Assembly: GCA_963663895.2 (NCBI GenBank)
Contig: CAXXRD010000004.1
Span: forward strand, 59,139-123,138
Direction of reading: 5' to 3'
DNA: 64,000 nt
From: Dehalococcoidia bacterium
Lineage (GTDB): Bacteria > Chloroflexota > Dehalococcoidia > Bin125
Each line of letters starts with the position of its first letter. The first letter of the stretch is position 1. The position numbers and the translations under genes are program-made. Below are positions 47,434-56,753 of the stretch, in pieces. Below the pieces are notes generated by a model. It made no database searches and had not been told where the DNA came from. It saw only the letters and a program-made list of their open reading frames with translations.

Positions 47434-48125
47434 GTCGCGGCGCGGCGGCGATTCTGCTGGCGGCGGGCCGCAGCACGCGGATGCAAGGGCGGGAAAAGAC
47501 ACTCGCGCAGCTGGGCGGGATCCCCCTGGCGGCCCACAGCGTGCGCACGTTCGCGGCCTGCGCCGCGATCGACACGATTGTGCTGGTGAGCAGCTCGGCC
47601 AACTACTCGGCACTGGCGCAGATCGCCGCAGAGCACGGCGCCGGCAAGGTGTGCGCCGTGGTGCTGGGAGGCGCACGGCGCCAGGACTCCGTCGCGGCCG
47701 GGTTGCGCATGCTGCCCCCGTGCGAGTTCGTCGCCGTGCACGACATCGCCCGGCCCTTCGTGACATCCGACGTGATCGAGCGGGGATTGGCGCTGGCGGC
47801 CAAGCACGGCGCTGCCGTCGTCGCGGCGCCGGTCTTCGACACCGTGAAGGAGGGCAGAGAGGGCTTCGTGTGGCGGACGTTAAACCGCGAACACCTGTGG
47901 AGCGTGCAGACGCCACAAACCTTCAAGCGGATACTATTGGAACGGGCGCATGCGGCGGCTCACGAGGAAGTCAGCGACGACGCGATGCTCGTTGAGGCGC
48001 TGGGCGAGGCGGTCGCGCTGTACGAGGGCTCCGCTCGCAATCTCAAGGTCACGACGATCGAGGATCTGGCGATCGCGGAGGCGTTGCTCAAGAGTGGAGC
48101 AGCAATCCCCACGGCAACCACCTGA
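47430..48125 (+). CDS. ispD: 2-C-methyl-D-erythritol 4-phosphate cytidylyltransferase
   Basis: LAAG.S.RM, GG.RRQDSV..GL, VHD.ARP, QTPQ.F and N.KVTT.EDL motifs. Confidence 0.96.
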   Translation: MSRGAAAILLAAGRSTRMQGREKTLAQLGGIPLAAHSVRTFAACAAIDTIVLVSSSANYSALAQIAAEHGAGKVCAVVLGGARRQDSVAAGLRMLPPCEFVAVHDIARPFVTSDVIERGLALAAKHGAAVVAAPVFDTVKEGREGFVWRTLNREHLWSVQTPQTFKRILLERAHAAAHEEVSDDAMLVEALGEAVALYEGSARNLKVTTIEDLAIAEALLKSGAAIPTATT

Positions 48126-48135
48126 CAGACGCCCG

Positions 48136-48624
48136 GTGAATCATCGCATCGGGATTGGGTTCGACAGCCACCGCTTCGCGGCCGCGCGGCCGTTCATCCT
48201 GGGCGGCGTGCGGATCTCGGAGAGCGACGGTCTCCAGGGACACTCCGACGCCGACGCGCTCACGCACGCGATCATCGACGCGCTCCTGGGAGCCGCCGCC
48301 TTGGGCGATATTGGAATGCATTTCCCACCCAGCGATGGGCGCTGGGCGGATGCGGACAGTCAGGATCTATTGACACGCACCATCGACCTGCTGGCGCGAC
48401 ACGGATTCCGGGTGGGCAATGTCGACGCGACGGTCGTTGCGGAACGGCCCCGCATCGCGCCGTATATCGCCGCGATGCGGGCACAGCTCGCTCGCACCCT
48501 GCAGGTCGCCGAGGGGGCAGTAAGCGTGAAGGCGACCCGGCCAGAAGGGTTGGGCGCGCTGGGGCGGGGCGAGGGCGTGGCGGTGCAAGCTGTCGCACAG
48601 ATCGTGTCGGGAAACGACTGTTAG
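48136..48624 (+). CDS. ispF: 2-C-methyl-D-erythritol 2,4-cyclodiphosphate synthase
   Basis: RIGIGFDSH, GHSDAD..HA..DA.LGA, GDIG.HFP and SVKAT motifs. Confidence 0.96.
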   Translation: MNHRIGIGFDSHRFAAARPFILGGVRISESDGLQGHSDADALTHAIIDALLGAAALGDIGMHFPPSDGRWADADSQDLLTRTIDLLARHGFRVGNVDATVVAERPRIAPYIAAMRAQLARTLQVAEGAVSVKATRPEGLGALGRGEGVAVQAVAQIVSGNDC

Positions 48625-48668
48625 TCTTGCCGGCGCCCGGCAGGTAAAACGAAGAGGTCAGCCCGGCC

Positions 48669-50108
48669 GTGCAGCTTTACAACACGCTCACTCGTCGCAA
48701 GGAGCCGTTCGAACCGGCCGGCGACCCGATCACGATGTACGTCTGCGGCGTGACGCCGTACGACGCCGCTCATCTAGGGCACGCGATGAGCGCGGCGATC
48801 TTCGACGTGCTTCGCCGTTACCTTGAGTGGCGCGGACGGCGCGTCCGGTTCGTCTACAACTACACCGATATCGACGACAAGATGATCGCGCGGGCCGAGC
48901 GGCTGGGCGTGACGGTCGCGGAGCGTGCCGCGGAGCAGATCGCGGCGTTTGAGCGCGACATGCGCGACCTGAACGTGCGCGCGGCCGATGTTCACCCTCG
49001 AGCCACTGAAGAGATTCCCAAGATCCAAGAGCTGATCCAGCACCTGATCGACTCCGGTTCCGCCTACGCCACGGCGAGCGGCGTGTACTTCCGCGTTCGC
49101 AGTAAGGAGGATTACGGCAAGCTCTCCAGGCGCGATCTCACTGAGATGGTGGCAGGTGCGCGGGTGGAGGTCGGTGGGGAGAAGGAGCACCCCATGGACT
49201 TCGCCTTGTGGAAGATGGCCAAGCCAGGGGAGCCGGCCTGGGAAGCGCCCTGGGGGGAAGGACGGCCGGGCTGGCACATCGAATGCTCGGCGATGGCCTT
49301 GCGCTACCTCGGCGAGCAGATTGATCTGCACGGTGGCGGGATGGATCTGATCTTCCCGCACCACGAAAACGAGATCGCGCAGTCGGAGTGCTTCACGGGA
49401 CGACCGCCGTTCGTGCGGCACTGGATGCATAACGCGATGATGCAATTGGGCGACGAGAAGATGTCGAAGTCGCTGGGCAACCTCGTGACGATCCGGGAGG
49501 CGCTGGAGCGGTACGGCGCGGACGCGTTGCGCCTCTTCGTCCTCACGGGACATTACCGCAGCCCGTTGCGTTACTCGGCGACAGGCCTGCATGCGGCAGG
49601 GCGCGGGGCCGAGCGGCTGCAACTCGCCGTGGAAGCTCCACTCCCGACAGGCGATGGCGACCCGGTCGACGAGGCGCGGGAGCGTTTCAGGGCGGCAATG
49701 GACGACGATCTCGGTACGCCCCAGGCGCTGGCCGTGCTCTTTGACTTGGCCCGGGACATTAACAAAGCACGTGACGCGGGGGTCCCCGCCGGCAACGCGC
49801 TGGCGCTCCTGCGGGAGCTCGGCGGCGTGCTCGGACTGCGTTTCCAAGCCCCGCCGAGCAGGGGAGGCCAGGCGGCGCCCTTCATCGATCTGCTGGTGCA
49901 GGTGCGCGAGGAACTGCGCGCAACCCGACAGTTTGCCTTGGCAGACCGCATCCGCGAGGAGCTGACGGCCCTTGGGATCGCGCTCGAAGACGGCCGCGAG
50001 GGCACCACTTGGCGGGCAACGGAGACGACGGGAACCGGCGAGGAGGACGGGCAGACTGCGCCCCCTGGGAGCTCCGAGAAGGCCGCCAGCGACACCTTGG
50101 CCTTCTAA
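48669..50108 (+). CDS. cysS: Cysteine--tRNA ligase
   Basis: MYVCG.T.YD..HLGH, TDIDDK, GRPGWHIECS, FPHHENE.AQ and KMSKSLGN motifs. Confidence 0.97.
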   Translation: MQLYNTLTRRKEPFEPAGDPITMYVCGVTPYDAAHLGHAMSAAIFDVLRRYLEWRGRRVRFVYNYTDIDDKMIARAERLGVTVAERAAEQIAAFERDMRDLNVRAADVHPRATEEIPKIQELIQHLIDSGSAYATASGVYFRVRSKEDYGKLSRRDLTEMVAGARVEVGGEKEHPMDFALWKMAKPGEPAWEAPWGEGRPGWHIECSAMALRYLGEQIDLHGGGMDLIFPHHENEIAQSECFTGRPPFVRHWMHNAMMQLGDEKMSKSLGNLVTIREALERYGADALRLFVLTGHYRSPLRYSATGLHAAGRGAERLQLAVEAPLPTGDGDPVDEARERFRAAMDDDLGTPQALAVLFDLARDINKARDAGVPAGNALALLRELGGVLGLRFQAPPSRGGQAAPFIDLLVQVREELRATRQFALADRIREELTALGIALEDGREGTTWRATETTGTGEEDGQTAPPGSSEKAASDTLAF

Positions 50109-50162
50109 CAGCGGGCCGCTCTGCTCGACGCGGCGCGACCGGGCCGATCGCACCGTGATTTC

Positions 50163-50192
50163 TTGACCCTTTCTCGAAGGGCCTCATATACT
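50163..50192 (+). promoter_or_regulatory. Promoter of the tRNA-tuf operon
   Basis: TTGACC-N18-TATACT. Confidence 0.65.
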
Positions 50193-50201
50193 TCGCTTGA
50201 C

Positions 50202-50228
50202 AGCGCGCGCAGGAGCGTGCGCTTTTTT
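50202..50228 (+). terminator. Intrinsic terminator-like hairpin before tRNA-Thr
   Basis: AGCGCGCGC-AGGA-GCGTGCGC followed by T6. Confidence 0.55.
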
Positions 50229-50253
50229 CGTGGAGCGCAGACTCTCGGCATCG

Positions 50254-50328
50254 GCCCGAGTGGCGCAATGGTAGCGCAGCCGATTTGTAATCGGCAGGTT
50301 AGGGGTTCGACTCCCTTCTCGGGCTCCA
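50254..50328 (+). tRNA. tRNA-Thr(TGT)
   Basis: Acceptor stem GCCCGAG/CTCGGGC, anticodon loop TT-TGT-AA, GGTTCGA, encoded CCA. Confidence 0.96.
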
Positions 50329-50355
50329 TCCTGCCGTCGAACGGACGTGACTCCC

Positions 50356-50443
50356 GCTGGGGTGGGTGAGCGGCTAATACCACCAGTCTGTAAAACTGGC
50401 GCCCGGAAGGGCTACGCAGGTTCGAATCCTGCCCCCAGCACCA
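50356..50443 (+). tRNA. tRNA-Tyr(GTA)
   Basis: Acceptor stem GCTGGGG/CCCCAGC, loop CT-GTA-AA, long variable arm, GGTTCGAATCC, encoded CCA. Confidence 0.96.
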
Positions 50444-50486
50444 GCGCGATAAGGTCAGCGTGAAGAAAACGAGCGCTTTCGGGCAC

Positions 50487-50562
50487 GCCCACATAGCTCA
50501 GTCGGTAGAGCGCGTTCTTGGTAAGAACGAGGTCTCCAGTTCAAATCTGGATGTGGGCTCCA
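50487..50562 (+). tRNA. tRNA-Thr(GGT)
   Basis: Acceptor stem GCCCACA/TGTGGGC, loop TT-GGT-AA, GTTCAAATC, encoded CCA. Confidence 0.96.
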
Positions 50563-50590
50563 GCTAGAGTCGGCCGGGGGAGGAGCAATC

Positions 50591-51790
50591 ATGGCGCGAG
50601 GGCGATACGAGCGGACGAAGCCGCACGTGAACGTGGGGACGATCGGGCACGTGGATCACGGCAAGACGACCCTGACAGCGGCGATCACGAAGGTCTTGGG
50701 GCAGGCGGGGGGGGCGGACTTCCGTTCGTTCGAGAGCATCGACAACGCGCCGGAGGAGAAGGAGCGGGGGATCACGATCGCGATCGCGCACGTGGAGTAC
50801 GAGACGGCGGCGCGGCACTACGCCCACATCGACGCCCCCGGGCACGCGGACTACATCAAGAACATGATCACGGGGGCGGCCCAGATGGACGGCGCCATCC
50901 TGGTGGTGGCGGCGCCGGACGGGCCCATGCCGCAGACGCGGGAGCACATCCTGCTGGCGCGGCAGGTGGGGGTGCCGCGCATCGTGGTCTTCCTCAACAA
51001 GGTGGACCAGATGGAGGATCCGGAGCTGCTGGACTTGGTGGAGCTGGAGGTGCGGGAGCTGCTGAGCCAGTACGAGTTCCCGGGGGAGACGCTGCCGGTG
51101 ATCCGGGGCTCGGCCCTGCAGGCCCTGCAGGCGACGGAGCCCGATCCCCAGGCCGCCGCCTACGCGCCCATCCAGGCCCTCTTGGCGGCGGTGGACGCCT
51201 ACGTGCCCACGCCACCGCGGCCCAAGGACCAGCCCTTCCTGATGCCGATCGAGGACGTCTTCGGGATCAAGGGACGGGGCACGGTGGTGACGGGGCGCAT
51301 TGAGCGGGGCGTGGTGCGCACGGGAGAGACGGTCGAGATCGTGGGCATCCGCGACACCCACGCCACGGTGGTGACGGGGGTGGAGATGTTCAAGAAGAGC
51401 CTGGACGTGGGGGAGGCGGGGGACAACGTGGGCTGCCTGCTGCGGGGCATTGAGCGGGAGGGCATCGAGCGGGGGCAGGTGCTGGCGGCGCCGGGCTCGA
51501 TCACGCCCCACACGGCCTTCCAGGCGGAGGTCTACATCCTCACCAAGGCGGAGGGCGGCCGCCACACCCCCTTCTTCCCGGGCTACCGCCCCCAGTTCTA
51601 CATCCGCACCACGGACGTGACCGGGGCCATCGAGCTGCCCGCCGGCGTCGAGATGGCGATGCCCGGCGACAACGTCACCCTGACCGTGCGCCTCCTGGCC
51701 CCCATCGCCCTCGAACCCGGCCTGCGCTTCGCCCTCCGCGAGGGCGGCCGCACCGTCGGTGCCGGCGCCGTCGCCGCAATCCTGGAGTAA
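50591..51790 (+). CDS. tuf: Elongation factor Tu
   Basis: [26 protein letters not shown] and [10 protein letters not shown] motifs. Confidence 0.99.
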   Translation: MARGRYERTKPHVNVGTIGHVDHGKTTLTAAITKVLGQAGGADFRSFESIDNAPEEKERGITIAIAHVEYETAARHYAHIDAPGHADYIKNMITGAAQMDGAILVVAAPDGPMPQTREHILLARQVGVPRIVVFLNKVDQMEDPELLDLVELEVRELLSQYEFPGETLPVIRGSALQALQATEPDPQAAAYAPIQALLAAVDAYVPTPPRPKDQPFLMPIEDVFGIKGRGTVVTGRIERGVVRTGETVEIVGIRDTHATVVTGVEMFKKSLDVGEAGDNVGCLLRGIEREGIERGQVLAAPGSITPHTAFQAEVYILTKAEGGRHTPFFPGYRPQFYIRTTDVTGAIELPAGVEMAMPGDNVTLTVRLLAPIALEPGLRFALREGGRTVGAGAVAAILE

Positions 51791-51797
51791 CCCCCCT

Positions 51798-51959
51798 ATG
51801 GCAAAAGGCGACCGTGTTCACATCACACTGGCTTGCAGCGAATGCCGCGAGCGGACCTACCATTCGTCGAAGAACAAACGCAACGACTCCAACCGACTGG
51901 AGCTGCGCAAGTTCTGCCCGCGCTGCCGCAAGCACCAGCTGTATCGCGAGACGCGCTAG
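51798..51959 (+). CDS. rpmG: 50S ribosomal protein L33 (Zn-binding form)
   Basis: LACSEC...KNKRN...[11 protein letters not shown]. Confidence 0.97.
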   Translation: MAKGDRVHITLACSECRERTYHSSKNKRNDSNRLELRKFCPRCRKHQLYRETR

Positions 51960-51974
51960 GAGAGCGGCCGGACC

Positions 51975-52412
51975 ATGAGCCCGCCAGCTTCCAATCGTCG
52001 ATCCCGCCGCCGCCGCCAGAGCGGCGCGGCGCGCCCCACCCCTTCGCTGCCTCGCGTGAGCGGGAGCGCGGCGGAGGCGGCGCTGGGAGACACCGGTGTC
52101 GCCATGCCGCAGTCCGGCCACAGCATGGCAACGCCCGCAGCGGCGGCGATGGAAACTGACGCCACGGTACGGCCACGCCGCGGTGCCCGTCCCTCCGGAC
52201 AGCGGCGAGAGCGCGGCCGACTCTACCGATTGACCCACCCGCGCTTCATTAGCGAAGTGACCGAAGAGCTGCGTAAAGTTACTTGGCCGAGCCAGGCGGA
52301 GACGCGGAATCTGACCACGGTCGTCGTGATCGTGGCGGCGGCGGCGGCCGTGTACCTCGCCGGAGTCGACATCGCATTCAACCGGCTCCTAGAGAACGTG
52401 CTGGTCCCGTGA
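51975..52412 (+). CDS. secE: Preprotein translocase subunit SecE (start uncertain; long low-complexity N-terminus)
   Basis: F..EV..ELRKVTWPS motif and one TM helix; lies between rpmG and nusG. Confidence 0.9.
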   Translation: MSPPASNRRSRRRRQSGAARPTPSLPRVSGSAAEAALGDTGVAMPQSGHSMATPAAAAMETDATVRPRRGARPSGQRRERGRLYRLTHPRFISEVTEELRKVTWPSQAETRNLTTVVVIVAAAAAVYLAGVDIAFNRLLENVLVP

Positions 52413-53401
52413 CGATCGACACCGAACCCCAGAATGCCCTTCCTCCGGAAGCGTCCGAGGTGGACGAGTCCCCGGACAGAGAGCCGGCACCGCGGGAAGT
52501 GGCGGCTGCCCCGCCGACGGCTGCTGAAACGGACGCGCCCGAAGACTCCCATTCCGATCCTGCATCCGACTCTCCGGAGGAATCCGAGGCCGAAGCCGAC
52601 AGCGACGGGAACCCGTTCGCGTCCACTGCCGCAGAGCCGAGCGCGGCCGAACGCGAATATCGCGCAGCGCTTGATGCCGCCCGCGCGCTCGGCCTGGACA
52701 CCGAGTCGGCCACCCCGTCCGCGAGCGCTGAAGAGCAAGAGGCTGCGCGCCTGGTCAGCGCCCTCGGCTTGGACCAGTCCGCCGACGAGCCGGAGGCGCC
52801 CCTTCCGACCCTTGAGCCGCCGCCGGAGGCCGCGGACGAAGAGGTCGAAGAGGATGACTTCCTCGGACCCGAGCCGACGGACGGGCGCGCCTGGTACGTG
52901 CTCAATACCTACTCGGGTCACGAGAATCGGGTCAAGGAGAACCTGGAGCGGCGCAGCGCCAGCATGGACGTGGCCGACCGCATTCATCGCGTGGTGGTGC
53001 CGACCGAAGAGGAGCTGGAGATCCGCGGCGGACAGCGCCGGCAGGTGCAGCGCAAACTGTTGCCGGGTTACGTGCTCGTGGAGATGTTGCTGGACAACGC
53101 CACCTGGTACGTGGTGCGCAACACGCCCGGGGTGACGGGCTTCGTCGGCAGCGACGAACCCAGCCCGCTCCCGCGCGAGGAAGTCCGGTCGATCTTGCGC
53201 CAGATGCGCGTGGTCGAGCCGCGCGTTCGGGTCGGCTTCGAGTTGGGAGACACCGTGCGTGTGACGGACGGCCCCTTCATGGACTTCATGGCACAAGTCG
53301 ACGAGATCAACTTGGAAAAGGGCAAGGTGCGGGCGCTGATCTCGATGTTCGGCCGCGAGACGCCGGTAGAGCTTGACTTCATCCAAGTCGAGAAGGTCTA
53401 G
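52409..53401 (+). CDS. nusG: Transcription termination/antitermination factor NusG with an acidic N-terminal extension
   Basis: WYV..TYSG.E..VK, PGYV.VEM, VRNTPGVTGFVG and KOW GPF..F / FGRETPVEL motifs; GTG overlaps the secE stop. Confidence 0.95.
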   Translation: MTIDTEPQNALPPEASEVDESPDREPAPREVAAAPPTAAETDAPEDSHSDPASDSPEESEAEADSDGNPFASTAAEPSAAEREYRAALDAARALGLDTESATPSASAEEQEAARLVSALGLDQSADEPEAPLPTLEPPPEAADEEVEEDDFLGPEPTDGRAWYVLNTYSGHENRVKENLERRSASMDVADRIHRVVVPTEEELEIRGGQRRQVQRKLLPGYVLVEMLLDNATWYVVRNTPGVTGFVGSDEPSPLPREEVRSILRQMRVVEPRVRVGFELGDTVRVTDGPFMDFMAQVDEINLEKGKVRALISMFGRETPVELDFIQVEKV

Positions 53402-53410
53402 GGACACGAT

Positions 53411-53836
53411 ATGGCGCGAAAGGTCCGGGCGATGTTGACGCTGCAGCTGGAGGCCGGCAAGGCCAGTCCGGCCCCGCCCGTGGGGCCGGCGCTCGGCCAG
53501 CACGGCGTCAACATCATGGACTTCGTGAAGGCCTACAACGAACGGACGGCCAGTCAGGCCGGCGAGATCCTTCCAGCGCAGATCACGATCTTCGAGGATC
53601 GGACCTTCACTTTCGTCATCCGGACACCGCCCGCCTCCGACCTCATTCGCCGCGCCGCCGGCCTCGATAAAGGCAGCGCCGCGCCGCGCCGGGAGATCGT
53701 GGGCAGCATCAGCGCGGCCGACGTGCGCCGGATCGCGGAGCAGAAGATGCCGGATCTGAACGCCAACGATATCGACGGAGCCGCTAAGATCATCGCCGGC
53801 ACGGCACGCAGTATGGGTATCGAGGTCGAGGGCTGA
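53411..53836 (+). CDS. rplK: 50S ribosomal protein L11
   Basis: [28 protein letters not shown] and GTARSMGI motifs. Confidence 0.98.
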   Translation: MARKVRAMLTLQLEAGKASPAPPVGPALGQHGVNIMDFVKAYNERTASQAGEILPAQITIFEDRTFTFVIRTPPASDLIRRAAGLDKGSAAPRREIVGSISAADVRRIAEQKMPDLNANDIDGAAKIIAGTARSMGIEVEG

Positions 53837-53841
53837 CGCCA

Positions 53842-54552
53842 ATGGCGCATGGCAAGCGGTACCGCGCGGCGGTCGCATCGTATAGCCGGGACGAGAGTTT
53901 CTCGCCGACCGATGCGGTGGCGCTCGTCAAGGAGCATGCAACCGCCAAGTTCGATGAGACGATCGAGCTGCACATCCGAACCGGTCTCGACCCGCGACAC
54001 GCCGAGCAACAGGTGCGCGGAACGGCGCTGCTCCCCAACGGGTTAGGCAAGCAGGTCCGGATCGTCGTCTTCGCCGAAGGCGAGGCCGCGCGCGTCGCCA
54101 CCGAGTCGGGCGTCGACGAGGTCGGCGGCGACAGCCTGATCAAGCGGGTGGCGGACGGATTCACCGATTTCGACGTGGCGCTGGCGCAGCGAGAGCTCAT
54201 GGGCAAAGTCGGAAAATTGGGGCGGATCTTGGGCCCGCGTGGACTCATGCCCAACCCGAAGGCGGGGACGGTGGTAGATGGAGCCGACTTGCCTCGAGCG
54301 ATCGATGAGGCGCGCCAGGGGCGCGTGGAATTCCGCTTGGACCGGCTCGCTCTAATCCACGTCCCGATCGGGAAGGCGAGCTTTGCGCAAGAGCACCTGG
54401 TCGAGAACCTGCTGACGACGCTTCAAGAGATCGTGAAGGCCAAGCCGAAAGAGACGAAGGGCTCCTATATCCGTTCGATGTACCTGACATCGACGATGGG
54501 GCCTAGCGTGAAGTTGGAGTTGCAGACTAGCCTGAGCATGAAGGCCGAATAG
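53842..54552 (+). CDS. rplA: 50S ribosomal protein L1
   Basis: KFDET, LGPRGLMPNPKAGT and STMGPS motifs. Confidence 0.98.
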   Translation: MAHGKRYRAAVASYSRDESFSPTDAVALVKEHATAKFDETIELHIRTGLDPRHAEQQVRGTALLPNGLGKQVRIVVFAEGEAARVATESGVDEVGGDSLIKRVADGFTDFDVALAQRELMGKVGKLGRILGPRGLMPNPKAGTVVDGADLPRAIDEARQGRVEFRLDRLALIHVPIGKASFAQEHLVENLLTTLQEIVKAKPKETKGSYIRSMYLTSTMGPSVKLELQTSLSMKAE

Positions 54553-54561
54553 ACACGGCAC

Positions 54562-54683
54562 GCCGGAGACCGCTGGCGGCGGGGCATCCCCGCCTTAATC
54601 TCCAGCGCAGGCGGACTCTTCCAGCCCGTGCCGGGCACAGTCCACCGAAGGTTTCCAGCGCCCGCCTGCTGTGGCGGGTTTTT
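54562..54683 (+). ncRNA. L10 leader (rplJL autoregulatory RNA) with an attenuating terminator
   Basis: CCGGAGACCGCTGG...TTAA..CCAGCGCAGG resembles the L10 leader core; CCCGCC-N6-GGCGGG-T5 hairpin at 54661-54683; located between rplA and rplJ. Confidence 0.8.
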
Positions 54684-54708
54684 GTGCCACGGAAGAGGCA
54701 GGAGCGCT

Positions 54709-55263
54709 ATGGCGACGGAGCGTAAGGTGGCGGCGGTCGCCGATTTAGAGGAACGACTAAAGCGCGCCACGATCGTGATCGGTCTCGATTACCGGGGGCT
54801 TCCCGTCGCGGAGCTGCGGGAGCTGCGCCGTGCCTTGCGCAAACGCGAGTCCAGCATCGAGTTGCGGGTGGTGAAGAACACCCTCGCCAAGCGAGCGTTC
54901 GCCAACGCGGGCCGCGAGGGCGCCGAGGCGATCCTGCACGAGGCGACGGCGCTGCTCTTCGGGTATGAGGAAGTCGTCAACCCGCCCAAGGCGATCAGCG
55001 ACTATCAGCGTGAAAAGCGCATTGTGCTTCCCATCCACGGGGGCGAGACGGACGGCACGGTATTGAGTGCGGCCGAGGTCATGGAGCTGGCCGCCGTGCC
55101 GAGCCGGATCGAGTTGATGGCGAAGATCGCCGGGGGAGTAGCCGGACCGATCGCCGGGATCGCGATAACGCTGTCGAGCGTGCTCCGTGAGCTCGCGTCC
55201 GCCGTCGACGCGCGCGCCCAGCAGTTGGAAGAAGGCAGTGCGGCAGCCGCGAGTGAAAGCTAG
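54709..55263 (+). CDS. rplJ: 50S ribosomal protein L10
   Basis: DYRGL.V.EL.ELR and VVKNTL motifs; AGGAG RBS. Confidence 0.96.
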   Translation: MATERKVAAVADLEERLKRATIVIGLDYRGLPVAELRELRRALRKRESSIELRVVKNTLAKRAFANAGREGAEAILHEATALLFGYEEVVNPPKAISDYQREKRIVLPIHGGETDGTVLSAAEVMELAAVPSRIELMAKIAGGVAGPIAGIAITLSSVLRELASAVDARAQQLEEGSAAAASES

Positions 55264-55310
55264 GACCCAGCCGCGATCGGGCGTGGCTGGAAAAACAAAG
55301 GAGTGGCAAC

Positions 55311-55688
55311 ATGACGAAGGTTGATGAGGCATTCGAGCTAATCCAGAGCATGACCGTGCTGGAAGCTCGAGACTTGGTGCGCAAGATTGAGGAGGAGTTC
55401 GGCGTGTCGGCCGCGGCTGCGCCGGTCGCCGTGGCAGCGGCAGCCGGATCCGACAGCGGGGGCGAGGAGGAAGAGCAGACCGCCTTCAACGTGGTGCTCA
55501 AGGACTTCGGGGCCAACAAAATCAATGTCATCAAGGTGGTGCGAGAGCTCACGACGCTGGGGCTCAAGGAAGCGAAAGAGTTCGTCGAGAGCGCTCCGAG
55601 CACCGTGAAGGAAGAGGTGACGAAGGAGGAGGCCGAACAGGTGAAGGCGAAGTTGGAAGGGGCAGGCGCGGCCGTCGAGATTCAGTAA
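55311..55688 (+). CDS. rplL: 50S ribosomal protein L7/L12
   Basis: [10 protein letters not shown] and [20 protein letters not shown] motifs. Confidence 0.98.
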   Translation: MTKVDEAFELIQSMTVLEARDLVRKIEEEFGVSAAAAPVAVAAAAGSDSGGEEEEQTAFNVVLKDFGANKINVIKVVRELTTLGLKEAKEFVESAPSTVKEEVTKEEAEQVKAKLEGAGAAVEIQ

Positions 55689-55725
55689 CCTACTGATCCG
55701 AAGACGGGCATCGGAGGGCACGCCG

Positions 55726-56214
55726 ATGAGCGCGGAGATGCGCCTCCTTCCCTCGCCGCACCAGAGCCGATCGGGGCTCAGCCTGCAAGCGGGTTTCCCC
55801 GACGCTTGGCGCATCCGGCTTCTGCGCTTGGTAGCGATTGCGGCCGTGACAGGGGGGGTTGTGGCAGTCGCCAGCGTGACACAGCCTCATAGTTCCCCGC
55901 CCGAAAACCCGGCGCTGGGAGAGCCTACGATCGTTCCCCCACTACCCGAAGTGCGCGCGGGAATTCAGCCATCGCTGATCGACAGCGGGACAGAGCAAAC
56001 GCCCAGTCAATTGCCGGGTCCGCCCCCACCCGCCGAGCCGGAGCGCCCCGACTCGTTCATTCGCTTCACGATTCAGCCGGGTGAAACGATCTTCGATATC
56101 AGCGTGGACCACGGCGTTTCCGTGGAGGAGATCCTCCACTTCAACCCGGAGCTCGGCGACGGCACCCGCGTGTTCGCGGGGCAGGAAGTGCTGGTCCCCC
56201 AGTTCGACGAATAA
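55726..56214 (+). CDS. Membrane-anchored LysM domain protein
   Basis: N-terminal TM helix, Pro-rich linker, FTIQPGETIFDIS..HGVS.EEI...NP.L......GQ.VLVP. Confidence 0.88.
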   Translation: MSAEMRLLPSPHQSRSGLSLQAGFPDAWRIRLLRLVAIAAVTGGVVAVASVTQPHSSPPENPALGEPTIVPPLPEVRAGIQPSLIDSGTEQTPSQLPGPPPPAEPERPDSFIRFTIQPGETIFDISVDHGVSVEEILHFNPELGDGTRVFAGQEVLVPQFDE

Positions 56215-56255
56215 CGGATGATGCCAGCGGATCGGAGCGGCGTGCGCGGCGCGGC

Positions 56256-56753
56256 TTGATTCGGACCGCAGTTGTCACAACGCCCCCCTTCATCCTCTTC
56301 GCGGCCCTCACAACGTTCTATCTGATTCGCGCGGCCGAAGGGAACAATGGAGACTGGATCGTGACGGCGCTGATGGCGCTGATCGCCCTGCTACTGGCGA
56401 CCACGGCCGTGGAGTCGCTTCGCGACCTCTTCGTCGATCCCCTAGAGACAAACGGCTCGATCAAGAGGAAATGGCGCAAGTCCGACTTCTTGCTGCTACG
56501 CCAGCACTACGTACAAGTGGGCGACGCGGTCTTCCGCGTCCGCAAGGATCAGTTTCAAGCGCTCCCCGGCGCAGACCAGTTGATCGGCGTCTGCCACTTC
56601 CCGCATACGCACACGATGGTCGACTGGTGGCCGCTCGCCGCGCCGCCGTCTCTCGCACCCCCGGCGCTGGTCCCGTCGCGATGGCAGGAGGAGCGAGCCC
56701 ATCCCAATGCGGGCGCGCCGCCGCACCGAGCCGACCCCCACCATCCCTCGTGA
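56256..56753 (+). CDS. Hypothetical membrane protein (two TM helices and a beta-rich domain)
   Basis: Two hydrophobic segments; stop overlaps the radC start. Confidence 0.65.
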   Translation: MIRTAVVTTPPFILFAALTTFYLIRAAEGNNGDWIVTALMALIALLLATTAVESLRDLFVDPLETNGSIKRKWRKSDFLLLRQHYVQVGDAVFRVRKDQFQALPGADQLIGVCHFPHTHTMVDWWPLAAPPSLAPPALVPSRWQEERAHPNAGAPPHRADPHHPS

